Assembly: GCA_037720195.1 (NCBI GenBank)
Contig: JBBJML010000019.1
Span: forward strand, 8,693-72,692
DNA length: 64,000 nucleotides
Source: Nakamurella sp.
GTDB taxonomy: Bacteria; Actinomycetota; Actinomycetes; Mycobacteriales; Nakamurellaceae
Direction: 5' to 3'
Shown: piece after piece, positions 48,401 through 60,947 of the stretch
How the letters are laid out: every line of letters begins with the position of its first letter
Position numbering within the stretch: position 1 is the stretch's first letter
Translations under genes and position numbers: made by a program
The notes under the pieces: generated by a model
What the model was told of the DNA's origin: nothing
The model's input: only the letters and a program-made list of their open reading frames with translations
Databases searched by the model: none

Positions 48401-49501
48401 TCAGGACGTGGAGGGCCCGGTGAGCGCTGCGGACGTGTACGCGTCGATCTCCTCGACGAGTGCGCGCTGGGCGGCCTGGTCCAGGAAGGATGCCGTGACG
48501 GCGTTCTTCGCGAGGGCGGCAATCCCGGCCGCGTCCAGCTCGAGCAGCGCGGCAGCGATCCCGTATTCGCGGCTCAACGTGGTGCCGAACATCGGCGGAT
48601 CGTCGGAGTTGATGGTCACCGTGACCCCGGCATCGACGAACGCGCGGAGCGGGTGCTCCGCGTAGGAGGCGACGGCGCGGGTGGCGATGTTGGACGTCGG
48701 ACACACCTCCAGCGGGATGCTGCGTTCTGCCAGGTACTCGAGCAACGCCGGGTCCTGGGCAGCGGACGTGCCGTGGCCGATCCGTTCGGCGTGCAGGTGC
48801 TCCAGCGCATCCCAGATCGTCTGCGGACCGGTGGTCTCACCGGCGTGCGGAACGGAATGCAGGCCGGCAGCGCGGGCCCGTTCGAAGGCCGGCGCGAACC
48901 GGGGTCGGGAGGTACCGATCTCCGGGCCGCCCAGGCCGAACGCGACCAGCGCGTCCGGCCCGCGTTCGACGGCGATGGCGGCGGTCGCCTCAGCAGCGTT
49001 CTCGCCGATCTCGCCCGGGATGTCGAAGATCCAGCGCAGCACGATGCCGAAGTCGCGTTCGGCGCTCACCCTGGCGTCCTCGATCGCCTCCAGGTAGCCC
49101 TCGATCGGGACGCCCGCCAGCACCGAGGTGTACGGCGTGCAGGTCAGCTCGGCGTAGCGGATCTGTTGCGCCGCCATGTCCCTGGCCACCTCGTAGGTGA
49201 GCAGCCGGACGTCCTCGGCGGTGCGGATCAGATCCACCGTCGCCAGGTAGAGCTCGATGAAGTGGGCGAAATCGGTGAATGTGTAGAACTTCGCCAACGC
49301 GGCCGGGTCGGCCGGGATCCGGCTGCCGGGATGTCGGGCCGCCAGATCAGCGACGATCCGGGGTGACGCGGAACCGACGTGGTGGACGTGCAGCTCGGCT
49401 TTGGGCAGGCCGTCGATGAATGTCTGCAGCGCCGGGCCGGGATTCGGGACCACCGGGCCGGAGGCTGGATCGGTGGATGCGGATCTGATCGGGCTGTGCA
49501 T
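48401..49501 (-). CDS. add: Adenosine deaminase
   Basis: The metal ligands and motifs are KAELHVHHVG, VPHAGE, RIGHG and INSDDPPMFG. Start at 49501 (MHSPIR). Confidence 0.9.
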   Translation of the reverse strand: MHSPIRSASTDPASGPVVPNPGPALQTFIDGLPKAELHVHHVGSASPRIVADLAARHPGSRIPADPAALAKFYTFTDFAHFIELYLATVDLIRTAEDVRLLTYEVARDMAAQQIRYAELTCTPYTSVLAGVPIEGYLEAIEDARVSAERDFGIVLRWIFDIPGEIGENAAEATAAIAVERGPDALVAFGLGGPEIGTSRPRFAPAFERARAAGLHSVPHAGETTGPQTIWDALEHLHAERIGHGTSAAQDPALLEYLAERSIPLEVCPTSNIATRAVASYAEHPLRAFVDAGVTVTINSDDPPMFGTTLSREYGIAAALLELDAAGIAALAKNAVTASFLDQAAQRALVEEIDAYTSAALTGPSTS

Positions 49502-49676
49502 GACACGAGATCCTCCCGCACCGCTGCGGCCGAGGTGGAGCCGGTGCAGCAACGGCAGGACGTCTCGGGAACAATGGCATCCGGCTGCGGCACCGACTGC
49601 CGCCTGCCTGCCCGCCGCCGGGATCCGGCCGACGGAGGGCACCCGCACCTCCGCCGACCAGAACAGGTGAGCCGTC

Positions 49677-50939
49677 GTGGCCCTCTCCAGTCTCGCGCCC
49701 GAAGACCTGGCCGTGTTCGCGGCCGAACAGCGCGCCGCCTACGACGCGCTGGTCGCCAGGGGCCTGAAGCTGGATCTCACTCGAGGCAAGCCGTCGTCCG
49801 CGCAGCTCGATCTGTCGGACGCGCTGCTCGCGCTGCCCACGGGACACCTGGCGGCGGACGGCACCGACGTACGGAACTACGGCGGGTTGACCGGCCTCCC
49901 CGAGCTGCGCGCGATCTTCGCAGAGCTGCTCGGGGTCCGGGTCGAGCAGCTGGTGGCCGGTGGCAACGCGAGCTTGACGATGATGGCCGATGTGCTGCAG
50001 TACTGTCTGCTGCACGGAGCGGTCGACTCGCAGACACCTTGGGCTGCAGGTGATGTCACGTTCATCTGCCCGGTGCCCGGGTACGACAGGCACTTCGACC
50101 TGCTGGCCGAGTACGGCATCACGATGGTGATCGTGCCGATGCACGAGGACGGTCCGGACGTGCCCGCGATCCGTGAGCTGGTGAAGGATCCGACGGTGAA
50201 GGGCATGTGGATCGTGCCCACCTACGCCAACCCCGGCGGCGCGGTCTGTTCGCAGGAGGTGGCCGCCGAGCTGGTCGCGATGCAGACCGCCGCGCCCGAC
50301 TTCAAGATCTTCTGGGACAACGCCTATGCCTTCCACCACCTGACCGACGAGGAGACCAAGAGCGCCGACATCCTGTCGCTGGCCGAGGCGTCGGGACACC
50401 CGCACCGCCCCATCGTGTTCGCCTCCACCTCGAAGATCACCTACGCGGGTGCCGGGGTGGCCTTCGTCGGTGGTTCCACCGCGACCATCGACTGGTACAC
50501 CGGGCACCTGGGGAAGCGGGCGATCGGTCCGGACAAGGTGAACCACCTGCGACACGCACAGTTGTTCGGCGACGCCGAGGGCGTCCGAACCCACATGCGC
50601 AAGCACCGCGAGATCATTGCGCCGAAGTTCGCCGCGGTCGACACCGCGTTGCGCTCGCGGCTCGGCGGGCACGATGTCGCCGTGTGGAACACCCCGAGCG
50701 GTGGCTACTTCGTCAACCTCGACGTGCTCGACGGGACCGCATCCCGGGTCGTGCAGTTGGCGAAGGAAGCCGGCATCGCGCTGACGCCGGCCGGCTCGTC
50801 GTTCCCGCACGGCGACGATCCGCGGGATCGCAACATCCGCCTTGCCCCGACGATGCCGCCGTTGCACGAGGTCGAAATCGCGATGGACGGCGTCGCCACC
50901 TGCGTGCTGGTGGCGGCCTGTGAGCAGCTCGGTGCCTGA
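49677..50939 (+). CDS. PLP-dependent aminotransferase (class I/II fold; Rv3722c-like aspartate transaminase family by recollection)
   Basis: The N-terminal LDLTRGKPSSAQLDLS and YGGLTGLPELR, PTYANPGG, and STSKITYAGAGVAF (PLP-lysine region) are present. Confidence 0.75.
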   Translation: MALSSLAPEDLAVFAAEQRAAYDALVARGLKLDLTRGKPSSAQLDLSDALLALPTGHLAADGTDVRNYGGLTGLPELRAIFAELLGVRVEQLVAGGNASLTMMADVLQYCLLHGAVDSQTPWAAGDVTFICPVPGYDRHFDLLAEYGITMVIVPMHEDGPDVPAIRELVKDPTVKGMWIVPTYANPGGAVCSQEVAAELVAMQTAAPDFKIFWDNAYAFHHLTDEETKSADILSLAEASGHPHRPIVFASTSKITYAGAGVAFVGGSTATIDWYTGHLGKRAIGPDKVNHLRHAQLFGDAEGVRTHMRKHREIIAPKFAAVDTALRSRLGGHDVAVWNTPSGGYFVNLDVLDGTASRVVQLAKEAGIALTPAGSSFPHGDDPRDRNIRLAPTMPPLHEVEIAMDGVATCVLVAACEQLGA

Positions 50940-51038
50940 CGACGCGCAACGGTACGAACCTGACGATTGGGACTGCACGCTCGGGGGAACTGCTTCGGAG
51001 ATCGGGCCCGTCGGCTCGAATGATCTCTGGGAGGACGG

Positions 51039-51854
51039 ATGACGCAAGCAGCGCGACAGGCCGGGCAATCGGCAGACAGGGCCGCGCACTCCGACGCCGC
51101 CCGGCTGGGCGTGAGGATCGGACTCGTCGCGTTCGGGTTGATCCACCTGATGGTCGGCTGGATCGCGTTGCAGGTCGCCTGGGGCGGCGCGAGCGGCGAG
51201 CAGGCCGACCAGCAGGGCGCCATCCAGCAGTTGGCCTCCACCCCGGTGGGTACGCCCCTGCTGTGGGTGCTGGGAATCGGGCTGTTCGCACTGGTGCTGT
51301 GGCAGGGCTTCGCAGCGATCCGCGGACACACTGATCGCCAGGGTCGCAAGCGCGTCTTCAAGCGGATCTCCTCCGGTGCGCGCGCAGTGGTGTACGCAGG
51401 GCTGGGGGTGGTGGCGATCCGGACGGCCGTCGGGTCCGGCTCACAGGGCTCCGGCTCGAAGGAGGAGGGGATCACCGCGAAGCTGCTGTCGGTCCCGCTC
51501 GGGCGGATCTTGGTGATCGTGGTGGGCGCGGTGGTGATCGGTGTCGGCGTCAACCAGATCATCAAGGGGGTCAAGGAGAAGTTCCTCCGGGACCTGGTCG
51601 GTGATCCCGGGACTCTCGGCCGCCAGCTGGGCCGGGTCGGATACATCGCCAAGGGCATCGCGTTGGGCGTGGTGGGTGGCCTGTTCGGCTACGCGGCGCT
51701 CACCTACGACCCCGAGAAGGCCGGCGGCCTGGACGATGCGCTGAGCACGGTGGCCGCAGCCCCGGTCGGCCCCTACCTGCTGACGATCCTCGCCCTGGGC
51801 TTCGTCGCGTTCGGCATCTTCTGCTTCTTCTGGGCGCGACGACCGAAGGTCTGA
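51039..51854 (+). CDS. DUF1206 domain membrane protein
   Basis: It has three repeats of a two-helix unit (ARLGVRIGLVAFGLIHLMVG, RAVVYAGLGVVAIR, IAKGIALGVVGGLFGYAA) and a C-terminal FGIFCFFWARR. Confidence 0.75.
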   Translation: MTQAARQAGQSADRAAHSDAARLGVRIGLVAFGLIHLMVGWIALQVAWGGASGEQADQQGAIQQLASTPVGTPLLWVLGIGLFALVLWQGFAAIRGHTDRQGRKRVFKRISSGARAVVYAGLGVVAIRTAVGSGSQGSGSKEEGITAKLLSVPLGRILVIVVGAVVIGVGVNQIIKGVKEKFLRDLVGDPGTLGRQLGRVGYIAKGIALGVVGGLFGYAALTYDPEKAGGLDDALSTVAAAPVGPYLLTILALGFVAFGIFCFFWARRPKV

Positions 51855-51867
51855 GCGCCCGCGAGGG

Positions 51868-52278
51868 TCAGCCTGCCAGCAGGTTCGCCAGTCGCTCGAG
51901 GTCCGCGGCGACGATGCCGCAGTCGCGGTCGAACTCAGCGTCGGTCAGCTCGAGCTGCCGGACGGTGAAGATGATCTCCGCGCCGTCCGGATGCTCGACC
52001 ACCCGCATCGGGTTGACGACCGACGTCCCGCTGGGCAGCGTGACGGTGTGATCGAGCACGCCCAGCGAGTTGGGCTGCGCGAACTGCACGGTGACGGTGC
52101 CCATCGGGGAGTCGACCCGCAGCAGGTCGCCGTCCCGGTGCACTTCGCTCTGGGCCAGACCTGCGGCCCAGCGGGGCAGGTTGTCCGGGTCTGCCGCGAA
52201 GGCGTACACCTGCGCCGTTGTCGCACGGATGACGGTGCTGACGTGTCGGCTGCGGATGGCGGAACCGGATTCGGTCAT
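51868..52278 (-). CDS. SRPBCC-family (polyketide cyclase/START-like) protein
   Basis: 136 aa, with [25 protein letters not shown] typical of the SRPBCC N-terminal strand-helix. Start at 52278. Confidence 0.7.
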   Translation of the reverse strand: MTESGSAIRSRHVSTVIRATTAQVYAFAADPDNLPRWAAGLAQSEVHRDGDLLRVDSPMGTVTVQFAQPNSLGVLDHTVTLPSGTSVVNPMRVVEHPDGAEIIFTVRQLELTDAEFDRDCGIVAADLERLANLLAG

Positions 52279-52449
52279 GGGTCGCAGGCTAGACCGCCGC
52301 GGCGTGCTTCGCGTGGCGTCCCGCTGGATCGACGGTGGGTCCGCGGAGGGGGTGTCAAAGACCGCAGCCACCGCGAACGTGCGCTGGCGCCGACCGCCAG
52401 GTCTGCGAAAGTGCAGAGGGCGGTGTGGCTGTATCATCGGGAACTGTCG

Positions 52450-52680
52450 CAGACCCCTCGCGGGAGAGCCGCCGACCTGCAGTGATGCAGCGGTGGCGCC
52501 GAAGGAGCAAGTGCCTCCCCGCCAATCTCTCAGGCCACCACGACCGCGAGGACGAGACACCTCTGGAAAGCAGCTGTGGTTTCGGCCGCCGCTCGCCGAC
52601 GGGGCAAACCGGTGTTGTGATCGGCCAGTTCGATCAGGCAGCGCGGTGAAGCTCTCAGGTACCGATGACAGAGGGGGAGG
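52450..52680 (+). promoter_or_regulatory. Tandem glycine riboswitch (two aptamers)
   Basis: Aptamer 1 has GGGAGAG...GCGCCGAAGGAGCAA...CTCTCAGGC...AGGAC. Aptamer 2 has CTCTGGAAAG...GCCGACGGGGCAA...CTCTCAGGTACCGATGACAGAGG. It ends about 75 nt upstream of gcvP. Confidence 0.9.
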
Positions 52681-52756
52681 GCGAGCTCGGGCCTACTCCG
52701 CGCGCGTTGTTCAGGTTCTCGAGCTGCCGACCCCTGGTCGGCGGGAAGCGACCGTC

Positions 52757-55684
<2,928 letters not shown>

Positions 55685-55705
<21 letters not shown>

Positions 55706-55876
55706 GAATCGAGCGACCGTAGCGAGGAACGAGCGTAGGTCGGGAGGATCGGAGCGAGCGCCGGAGGCCGACCAGAGGACGCGGAGGCCGAGAGCGAGTG
55801 AGAATCGAGCGACGGTAGCGAGGAACGAGCGTAGGTCGGGAGGATCGGAGCGAGCGCCGGAGGCCGACCAGAGGAC
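55685..55876 (+). repeat. Tandem duplication, 2 x 96 bp (95/96 identical), first unit includes the gcvP stop codon
   Basis: The units lie at 55685-55780 and 55781-55876. Each starts GCGGAGGCCGAGAGCGAGTGAGAATCGAGCGAC and embeds a long-form-like copy of the dispersed repeat. Confidence 0.92.
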
Positions 55877-55898
55877 ACCGAGTAGGGAGCGTCGCGGC

Positions 55899-56609
55899 TC
55901 AGCGGTGGTCGATCACCGGAGGAGCGATCAGTGCCGAGGCTGATCCCGGTCGCCACCGAACCTGCAGGGTGAGCGGATCGCCGTCACCGAGGGCTGCCGG
56001 CCGATCGTCTGCCGACACCTGCCAGCCGTCCGCAGTACGGCGACCGCACGGCTCCGAGAGCGGTGGATACGTCATGCAGCGCACCTCGTCGATCGTGCCG
56101 GAGGTGCGGCTGAGCTCCACCGCGCCCGGCCCGATCGGCTGGACGTAGGTGATGGCCGTCCGTCCGTCGAGGGCGGTGGCAGCGGTCCGGGTCCAGGTGA
56201 ACTGGGCACGGTGATCGCCGGCGGGCGCGTCTTCGACCCGGTTCCCGACCGTCAGGGCATGTCCGTTCCGCTTCGGTTCGAGGTCGGTCGGAGTTCCGTC
56301 GACGACAGCGGCGACGGGACCGGATCCGGGCCGCAGGATGCCGGGCAGGTCGTGGGTACTGTCGTCGGGAAGGCGCACTCCGTCCGGGACGGAGCCGCCC
56401 AGCGAGAGTTCGAAGGCCCGCACCAAGACCTGGTCGAACGTCTCGACGATCTGGTAGCCACCGCGGTCGTCGATCGTGACGACCGCGTGGTGGATGCGGT
56501 TGCCGTAGGGATTGGGCTGGGCGACGACGTCGGTTGCCGGGGTGAGGCCGCCGCCGACGAAGGCGGCTGCGAGCAGGACAGTGGCAACGGCGCCGGATCG
56601 ACGCATCAT
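55899..56609 (-). CDS. Secreted hypothetical protein
   Basis: It has a signal peptide (MMRRSGAVATVLLAAAFVGGG) and beta-rich composition. ATGA overlap with the upstream lipoprotein gene. No recognised catalytic motif. Confidence 0.6.
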   Translation of the reverse strand: MMRRSGAVATVLLAAAFVGGGLTPATDVVAQPNPYGNRIHHAVVTIDDRGGYQIVETFDQVLVRAFELSLGGSVPDGVRLPDDSTHDLPGILRPGSGPVAAVVDGTPTDLEPKRNGHALTVGNRVEDAPAGDHRAQFTWTRTAATALDGRTAITYVQPIGPGAVELSRTSGTIDEVRCMTYPPLSEPCGRRTADGWQVSADDRPAALGDGDPLTLQVRWRPGSASALIAPPVIDHR

Positions 56610-57505
56610 GAGCGGGCCTCGAACTGCGGGGCGGCCGGAGTGGCCGTGACGCCGGGAGGGTCCGGGAGGAAGAAGTAGCCGTTCGCTCCCGCGTAGGTCG
56701 TGCTGCCGTTGTCCAGGTCGGACATCCGGAACACCGTCCCGTCCGGACTCGTCGAGCAGGACGTCACGGCGTTGCCCCGGTTCTCATCCCCGCAGCTGAG
56801 CGCTGCGCCCCCGGTGGCGGTGAACCGTGCGACGTCGCCCGTTCCGCGGGGCGAGTACCAACCCCCGCCGACGACCCCCTGCGGGGCTATCAGCGTGCGG
56901 CGCCCGTTCGTCGTCGTCAGCAGTCCGTTCAGGGTGTATCTCAACTCGATCCGGTGCCTCCCCGCGGCGAAGGTGCGGTCGGTGGCCGCGACGATCTGCC
57001 AGCTCTCGTGCGAGTCGATGATCGCCGCCGGGAGTTGCTGCGGGTCACCGGCCGCGGTGAGGTCTCGGGCGGCGACCTCACCGACCGTCGGTGCGAGGAA
57101 GTACCAGCCGTCCGGATCGTCGGAGGCGGCGATGCGCAGCTTCTTCTTCACGTACACCGCCACGGTGCCCGTCACCCCGGGCCCGGCGTCAACGATGGCA
57201 TTCTGGACGACCGACAGGGTTCCGTCCGGCCGCGCGGTGAACGTCACGTCCGCTTCCTGGGCCTGGTACTGGAAATCGACAGCCATCGGGGTGGACTTCG
57301 TCTCGGCAGGCCCAGTCCCGGTGGCCGGGCGGACGGGATCACCTGCGGTGCAGGCGGTGGTGAGCAGCAGGATCGCTGTCACGGCGCCGACGGAGCGCTG
57401 GGCCGGGAGGATCACGGGCGTCGGACGGGAACTCGTCGCCGTCGGTTCCCACCGGTGCGCGAGGTGCAGGCGGGCCCACCGGGCGTCGATCGACCGATCA
57501 GGCAT
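56606..57505 (-). CDS. Hypothetical lipoprotein
   Basis: Start chosen at 57505 (MPDRSID). It has a signal peptide with lipobox (LLLTTAC) and beta-rich composition. No recognised motif. Confidence 0.55.
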   Translation of the reverse strand: MPDRSIDARWARLHLAHRWEPTATSSRPTPVILPAQRSVGAVTAILLLTTACTAGDPVRPATGTGPAETKSTPMAVDFQYQAQEADVTFTARPDGTLSVVQNAIVDAGPGVTGTVAVYVKKKLRIAASDDPDGWYFLAPTVGEVAARDLTAAGDPQQLPAAIIDSHESWQIVAATDRTFAAGRHRIELRYTLNGLLTTTNGRRTLIAPQGVVGGGWYSPRGTGDVARFTATGGAALSCGDENRGNAVTSCSTSPDGTVFRMSDLDNGSTTYAGANGYFFLPDPPGVTATPAAPQFEARS

Positions 57506-57571
57506 CGGGAAGGAACCGCCGGGGGATGCGGTGCATCGGAGCGGACAGTGCCGTCCGAACCAGGAGCTCAG

Positions 57572-58957
57572 ATGACCGTCCAGCCCGTGTCCCACCCACC
57601 AGCACCCGATCCGACCCGGCCGAGCGCGTTCGGCCGTCCGGATCCCGCGACGTATCGCTGGGCCGGAGTGACCACCGTGCTCATCGGAGCCTTGCTGTTG
57701 CAGTACGCGCGGGCGTTCCAGATCGGCAGCGCGAGCGTGCAGAGCAACTGGGACTCGAGGCTGGCGATCATCATTCCTGCCCTCGCCCTCCCCGCCGCCC
57801 TGGTGTGGTGGACCCGGTCGCCGGCGGTTGCGCAACGACTCCTGCCGGTCGTCGTGGGCATCGCACTGGTACCCGGAGCCGCGCTGTCGTTGCTGCCTGC
57901 GCTGGTCGGTGTCACCCCGGATGTCGTGGTCACCGCGCTGGTGATGGTCAGCTCGGCCGCGATCTGGACCACGAGCGCGCTGGTGCTGATCTGCGCCGCG
58001 TCACTCGCGCGGAGCGGGCGGATCCTCGCCGCGAGCCTTGCCTGTTGTCTGTTGGTGCTTGCGAACCTGTTGCTGCCCACGGTCTTCGGTGCGATCGTCG
58101 CTCTGGGCCCGCCCAGCTGGATCTTCGCGGTGCTGGTGCTGGGCGCCGCGGTCGTGCTGGTCTTCGGCGGGTTGTCCGTGGTCCGCGCGGCCGATGGCCC
58201 GGTGCTGCCGATCGGGGCGCTGATGACGGTGCTCGGCGCGCTGGCGATGGTCGTTCCCAGCGTGCTGACCTACTTCCTGTCGATGTCCGGTGGCCCGCGG
58301 CCCTCGCTCGGTGCGACTGCTGCCATCGGTGCGGTGCTCGTGGTGGTGACGATCGCCGGAGCGTCGTTGCTCGGACGTGCCGCGCTGCTGTTGGTGTCGG
58401 GTGCCGGTCTGCTGCTGGGTTGTCTCTACGGATTGACGTCCTCGGTGGGTGCCGGACTCGGCCGCGACTGGTGGTTGCCACTGCTGGTGGTCCTCGTCCT
58501 GGCACTCGCCGCCGGCCTCGCGATGACCCGTCCTGCCCGCGAGATCGGGATGTCGGCGATCGTCCTCGTCGTCGTCGTACTCGCGGCCACGTTCGGAGTG
58601 GTCGAGTTCGCGCACCTCGACGAAGGTCTGGAGATTTTCCTGACGGTGGCAGGCCTGATCGCCGGCGCCGTCGCGGGTGGGGCGATCATCGGTGCCGTCG
58701 TGCCGCGGCTCGTCCGACCGGACGACCTCGTGCCGGTGCTGCTGCTCACGCTCGCCCTCGGCGCGGGGGTGAGCAGGCTGTTCTCCTGGGTGTTCGTCTC
58801 CACCGAGACCGACCGTAACCATTCGCTGCTGTGGATCGGCGGGGTACTGCTCGTCTCGTTGCTGGTCTTCTCCTTCTGGCCACGGTCCGGCCCGGTCGGT
58901 GACCCCCGGGGTCCGGGACCCGACGCCGCAGTGGCCCCAGGGGTCAGCGACCGCTGA
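57572..58957 (+). CDS. Large polytopic membrane protein of unknown function (about 12-14 TM helices)
   Basis: ATG at 57572 is preceded by AGGAG. The protein is 461 aa of Ala/Leu/Val/Gly-rich helices with short loops. No transporter signature that I recognise. It is divergent from the lipoprotein operon. Confidence 0.6.
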   Translation: MTVQPVSHPPAPDPTRPSAFGRPDPATYRWAGVTTVLIGALLLQYARAFQIGSASVQSNWDSRLAIIIPALALPAALVWWTRSPAVAQRLLPVVVGIALVPGAALSLLPALVGVTPDVVVTALVMVSSAAIWTTSALVLICAASLARSGRILAASLACCLLVLANLLLPTVFGAIVALGPPSWIFAVLVLGAAVVLVFGGLSVVRAADGPVLPIGALMTVLGALAMVVPSVLTYFLSMSGGPRPSLGATAAIGAVLVVVTIAGASLLGRAALLLVSGAGLLLGCLYGLTSSVGAGLGRDWWLPLLVVLVLALAAGLAMTRPAREIGMSAIVLVVVVLAATFGVVEFAHLDEGLEIFLTVAGLIAGAVAGGAIIGAVVPRLVRPDDLVPVLLLTLALGAGVSRLFSWVFVSTETDRNHSLLWIGGVLLVSLLVFSFWPRSGPVGDPRGPGPDAAVAPGVSDR

Positions 58958-58966
58958 ACTCCGCGG

Positions 58967-59686
58967 TCAGCCGGACGGATGCGCGAGCTCGTGGAGCATC
59001 GCGGCCAGCTCGACCGGCTTGGTGAACATGGGCCAGTGGCCGGAATCGATGTCCACGAAGCGGACGTCACGCGCGGCAGCAAGCTCCGGCACGTCGCCGG
59101 CGGCGATCCATTCCTTCGCCTCCGCCGGGCCGAACTCGGGGCAGATCAAGGTGACGGGCACCGCCGAGCGCCGGTCGTCGGTCAATGTGACGACCCCGCT
59201 CGCCACCCCCGCCGGCACCGGGATCGCTGCGTCAGCCATCTTCGCGCGGAGCTCGGTCGACAGATCGGCCGAATCCGGTCCGGCGAACGGCTCCCACCCC
59301 GGGAAGGCCATCGCGCCGTCGGCGACGGCGAAGAACTCGGCGTACTTCTCGCCGTCGGCCGACGGGAAACCGCCGATCAGCGCCACTCCGCTGACGTCGT
59401 CCGGGCGACGATCCACAGCCATCCAGGCCAGCGTGCAGGCGGCCGAGTGACCGACCACGAGCGGCCGCTGTGCCGCATCGACGGCCGCCAGAACGGCGTC
59501 CAGCTGGTCCTGCAGAGTGGCTCCGGTGGCGCCGTCACCCTGGCCGGGCAGGGTGACCGGGACCGGACGGTCGCCCAGCCCGCGCAGCGCGGCGGCCACC
59601 TCGTCCCAGGCGGAGCCATCCAGCCACAACCCACCCAGCAGGACGATGTCGCGGCCGGCCGATGAACGCATCTGATCTGGTGTCAT
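58967..59686 (-). CDS. Alpha/beta hydrolase
   Basis: It has the nucleophile elbow VVGHSAA, a C-terminal DSGHWPM (catalytic His) and an N-terminal LLGGLWLDG. Confidence 0.8.
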   Translation of the reverse strand: MTPDQMRSSAGRDIVLLGGLWLDGSAWDEVAAALRGLGDRPVPVTLPGQGDGATGATLQDQLDAVLAAVDAAQRPLVVGHSAACTLAWMAVDRRPDDVSGVALIGGFPSADGEKYAEFFAVADGAMAFPGWEPFAGPDSADLSTELRAKMADAAIPVPAGVASGVVTLTDDRRSAVPVTLICPEFGPAEAKEWIAAGDVPELAAARDVRFVDIDSGHWPMFTKPVELAAMLHELAHPSG

Positions 59687-59819
59687 GTGCTGGACCGTAG
59701 ACCGACACCAGGACGAAGTGCTTCCTGGACGGCCGTATCTCCTCAGGCGCCAGCGGGGAATGAATCACCACTGCATCCGTTGAACCAGATACTTGACGTA
59801 TCAACTAACGGAGGCGGAC

Positions 59820-60947
59820 ATGCAGTTCGGAATCTTCACCGTTGGCGACACCACTCCCGATCCCACCACGGGGCGTGCGCCGAGTGAGAACGAGCGCATC
59901 AAGGCCATGGTGCGGATCGCTCTGAAGGCGGAAGAGGTCGGGCTCGACGTCTTCGCCACCGGTGAGCACCACAACCCACCGTTCGTGCCGTCGTCCCCGA
60001 CCACGTTGCTCGGCCACATCGCTGCGCAGACCGAGAAGCTCGTCCTGTCGACGTCCACGACCCTGATCACCACCAACGACCCGGTGAAGATCGCCGAGGA
60101 CTTCGCGATGCTGCAGCACCTGGCCGATGGGCGGGTCGATCTCATGCTGGGACGCGGCAACACCGGCCCGGTGTACCCGTGGTTCGGCCAGGACGCGCGG
60201 AACGGCATCCCGCTGACGGTGGAGAACTACCAGCTGCTGCGCCGGCTGTGGACCGAGGACGTCGTGAACTGGCAGGGCACGTTCCGGTCCCCGCTGCAGT
60301 CGTTCACCTCCACCCCGCGGCCCCTCGACGGGGTCGCACCCTTCGTCTGGCACGGGTCGATCCGCAGCCCGGAGATCGCCGAGTTGGCGGCGTTCTACGG
60401 CGACGGCTTCTTCTCCAACCACATCTTCTGGCCCGCTTCGCACACCCGGCAGATGGTCCGGTTGTACCGGGAGCGCTTCGAGTTCCACGGTCACGGCGCG
60501 GCCGACCAGGCGATCGTCGGACTCGGCGGTCAGGTGTTCATGGGCAAGAACTCGCAGGACGCGGTGCGGGAGTTCCGGCCGTACTTCGACAACGCGCCGG
60601 TGTACGGCGGCGGACCCAGCCTCGAGGACTTCACCCGGCAGACACCGCTGACCGTCGGCAGCCCGCAGCAGGTCATCGAGCGGACGCTCGGCTTCCGCGA
60701 GTACGTCGGGGACTACCAGCGTCAGCTGTTCCTGATCGATCACGCAGGGCTTCCGTTGAACACGGTGCTCAGGCAGCTGGACCTGCTCGGCGAGCAGGTG
60801 ATACCCGTGCTGCGCAAGGAGTTCGCGGCTCTCAAGCCCGCGCACGTGCCGGACGCGCCCACCCACGCCACCCTGGTCGCATCCAGGGATGCGGCTGCCC
60901 GGCAGTCCGCCGTCGCTGTCGCTGTCGCAGCGGACGGGCGATCCTGA
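59820..60947 (+). CDS. FMN-dependent luciferase-like monooxygenase
   Basis: GGAGG SD. MQFGIFTVGDTTPDPTTGRAPSENERI, GEHHNPPF and MLGRGN are present. It is coupled to an FMN reductase gene, and by recollection resembles the CE1758-type family. Confidence 0.8.
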   Translation: MQFGIFTVGDTTPDPTTGRAPSENERIKAMVRIALKAEEVGLDVFATGEHHNPPFVPSSPTTLLGHIAAQTEKLVLSTSTTLITTNDPVKIAEDFAMLQHLADGRVDLMLGRGNTGPVYPWFGQDARNGIPLTVENYQLLRRLWTEDVVNWQGTFRSPLQSFTSTPRPLDGVAPFVWHGSIRSPEIAELAAFYGDGFFSNHIFWPASHTRQMVRLYRERFEFHGHGAADQAIVGLGGQVFMGKNSQDAVREFRPYFDNAPVYGGGPSLEDFTRQTPLTVGSPQQVIERTLGFREYVGDYQRQLFLIDHAGLPLNTVLRQLDLLGEQVIPVLRKEFAALKPAHVPDAPTHATLVASRDAAARQSAVAVAVAADGRS

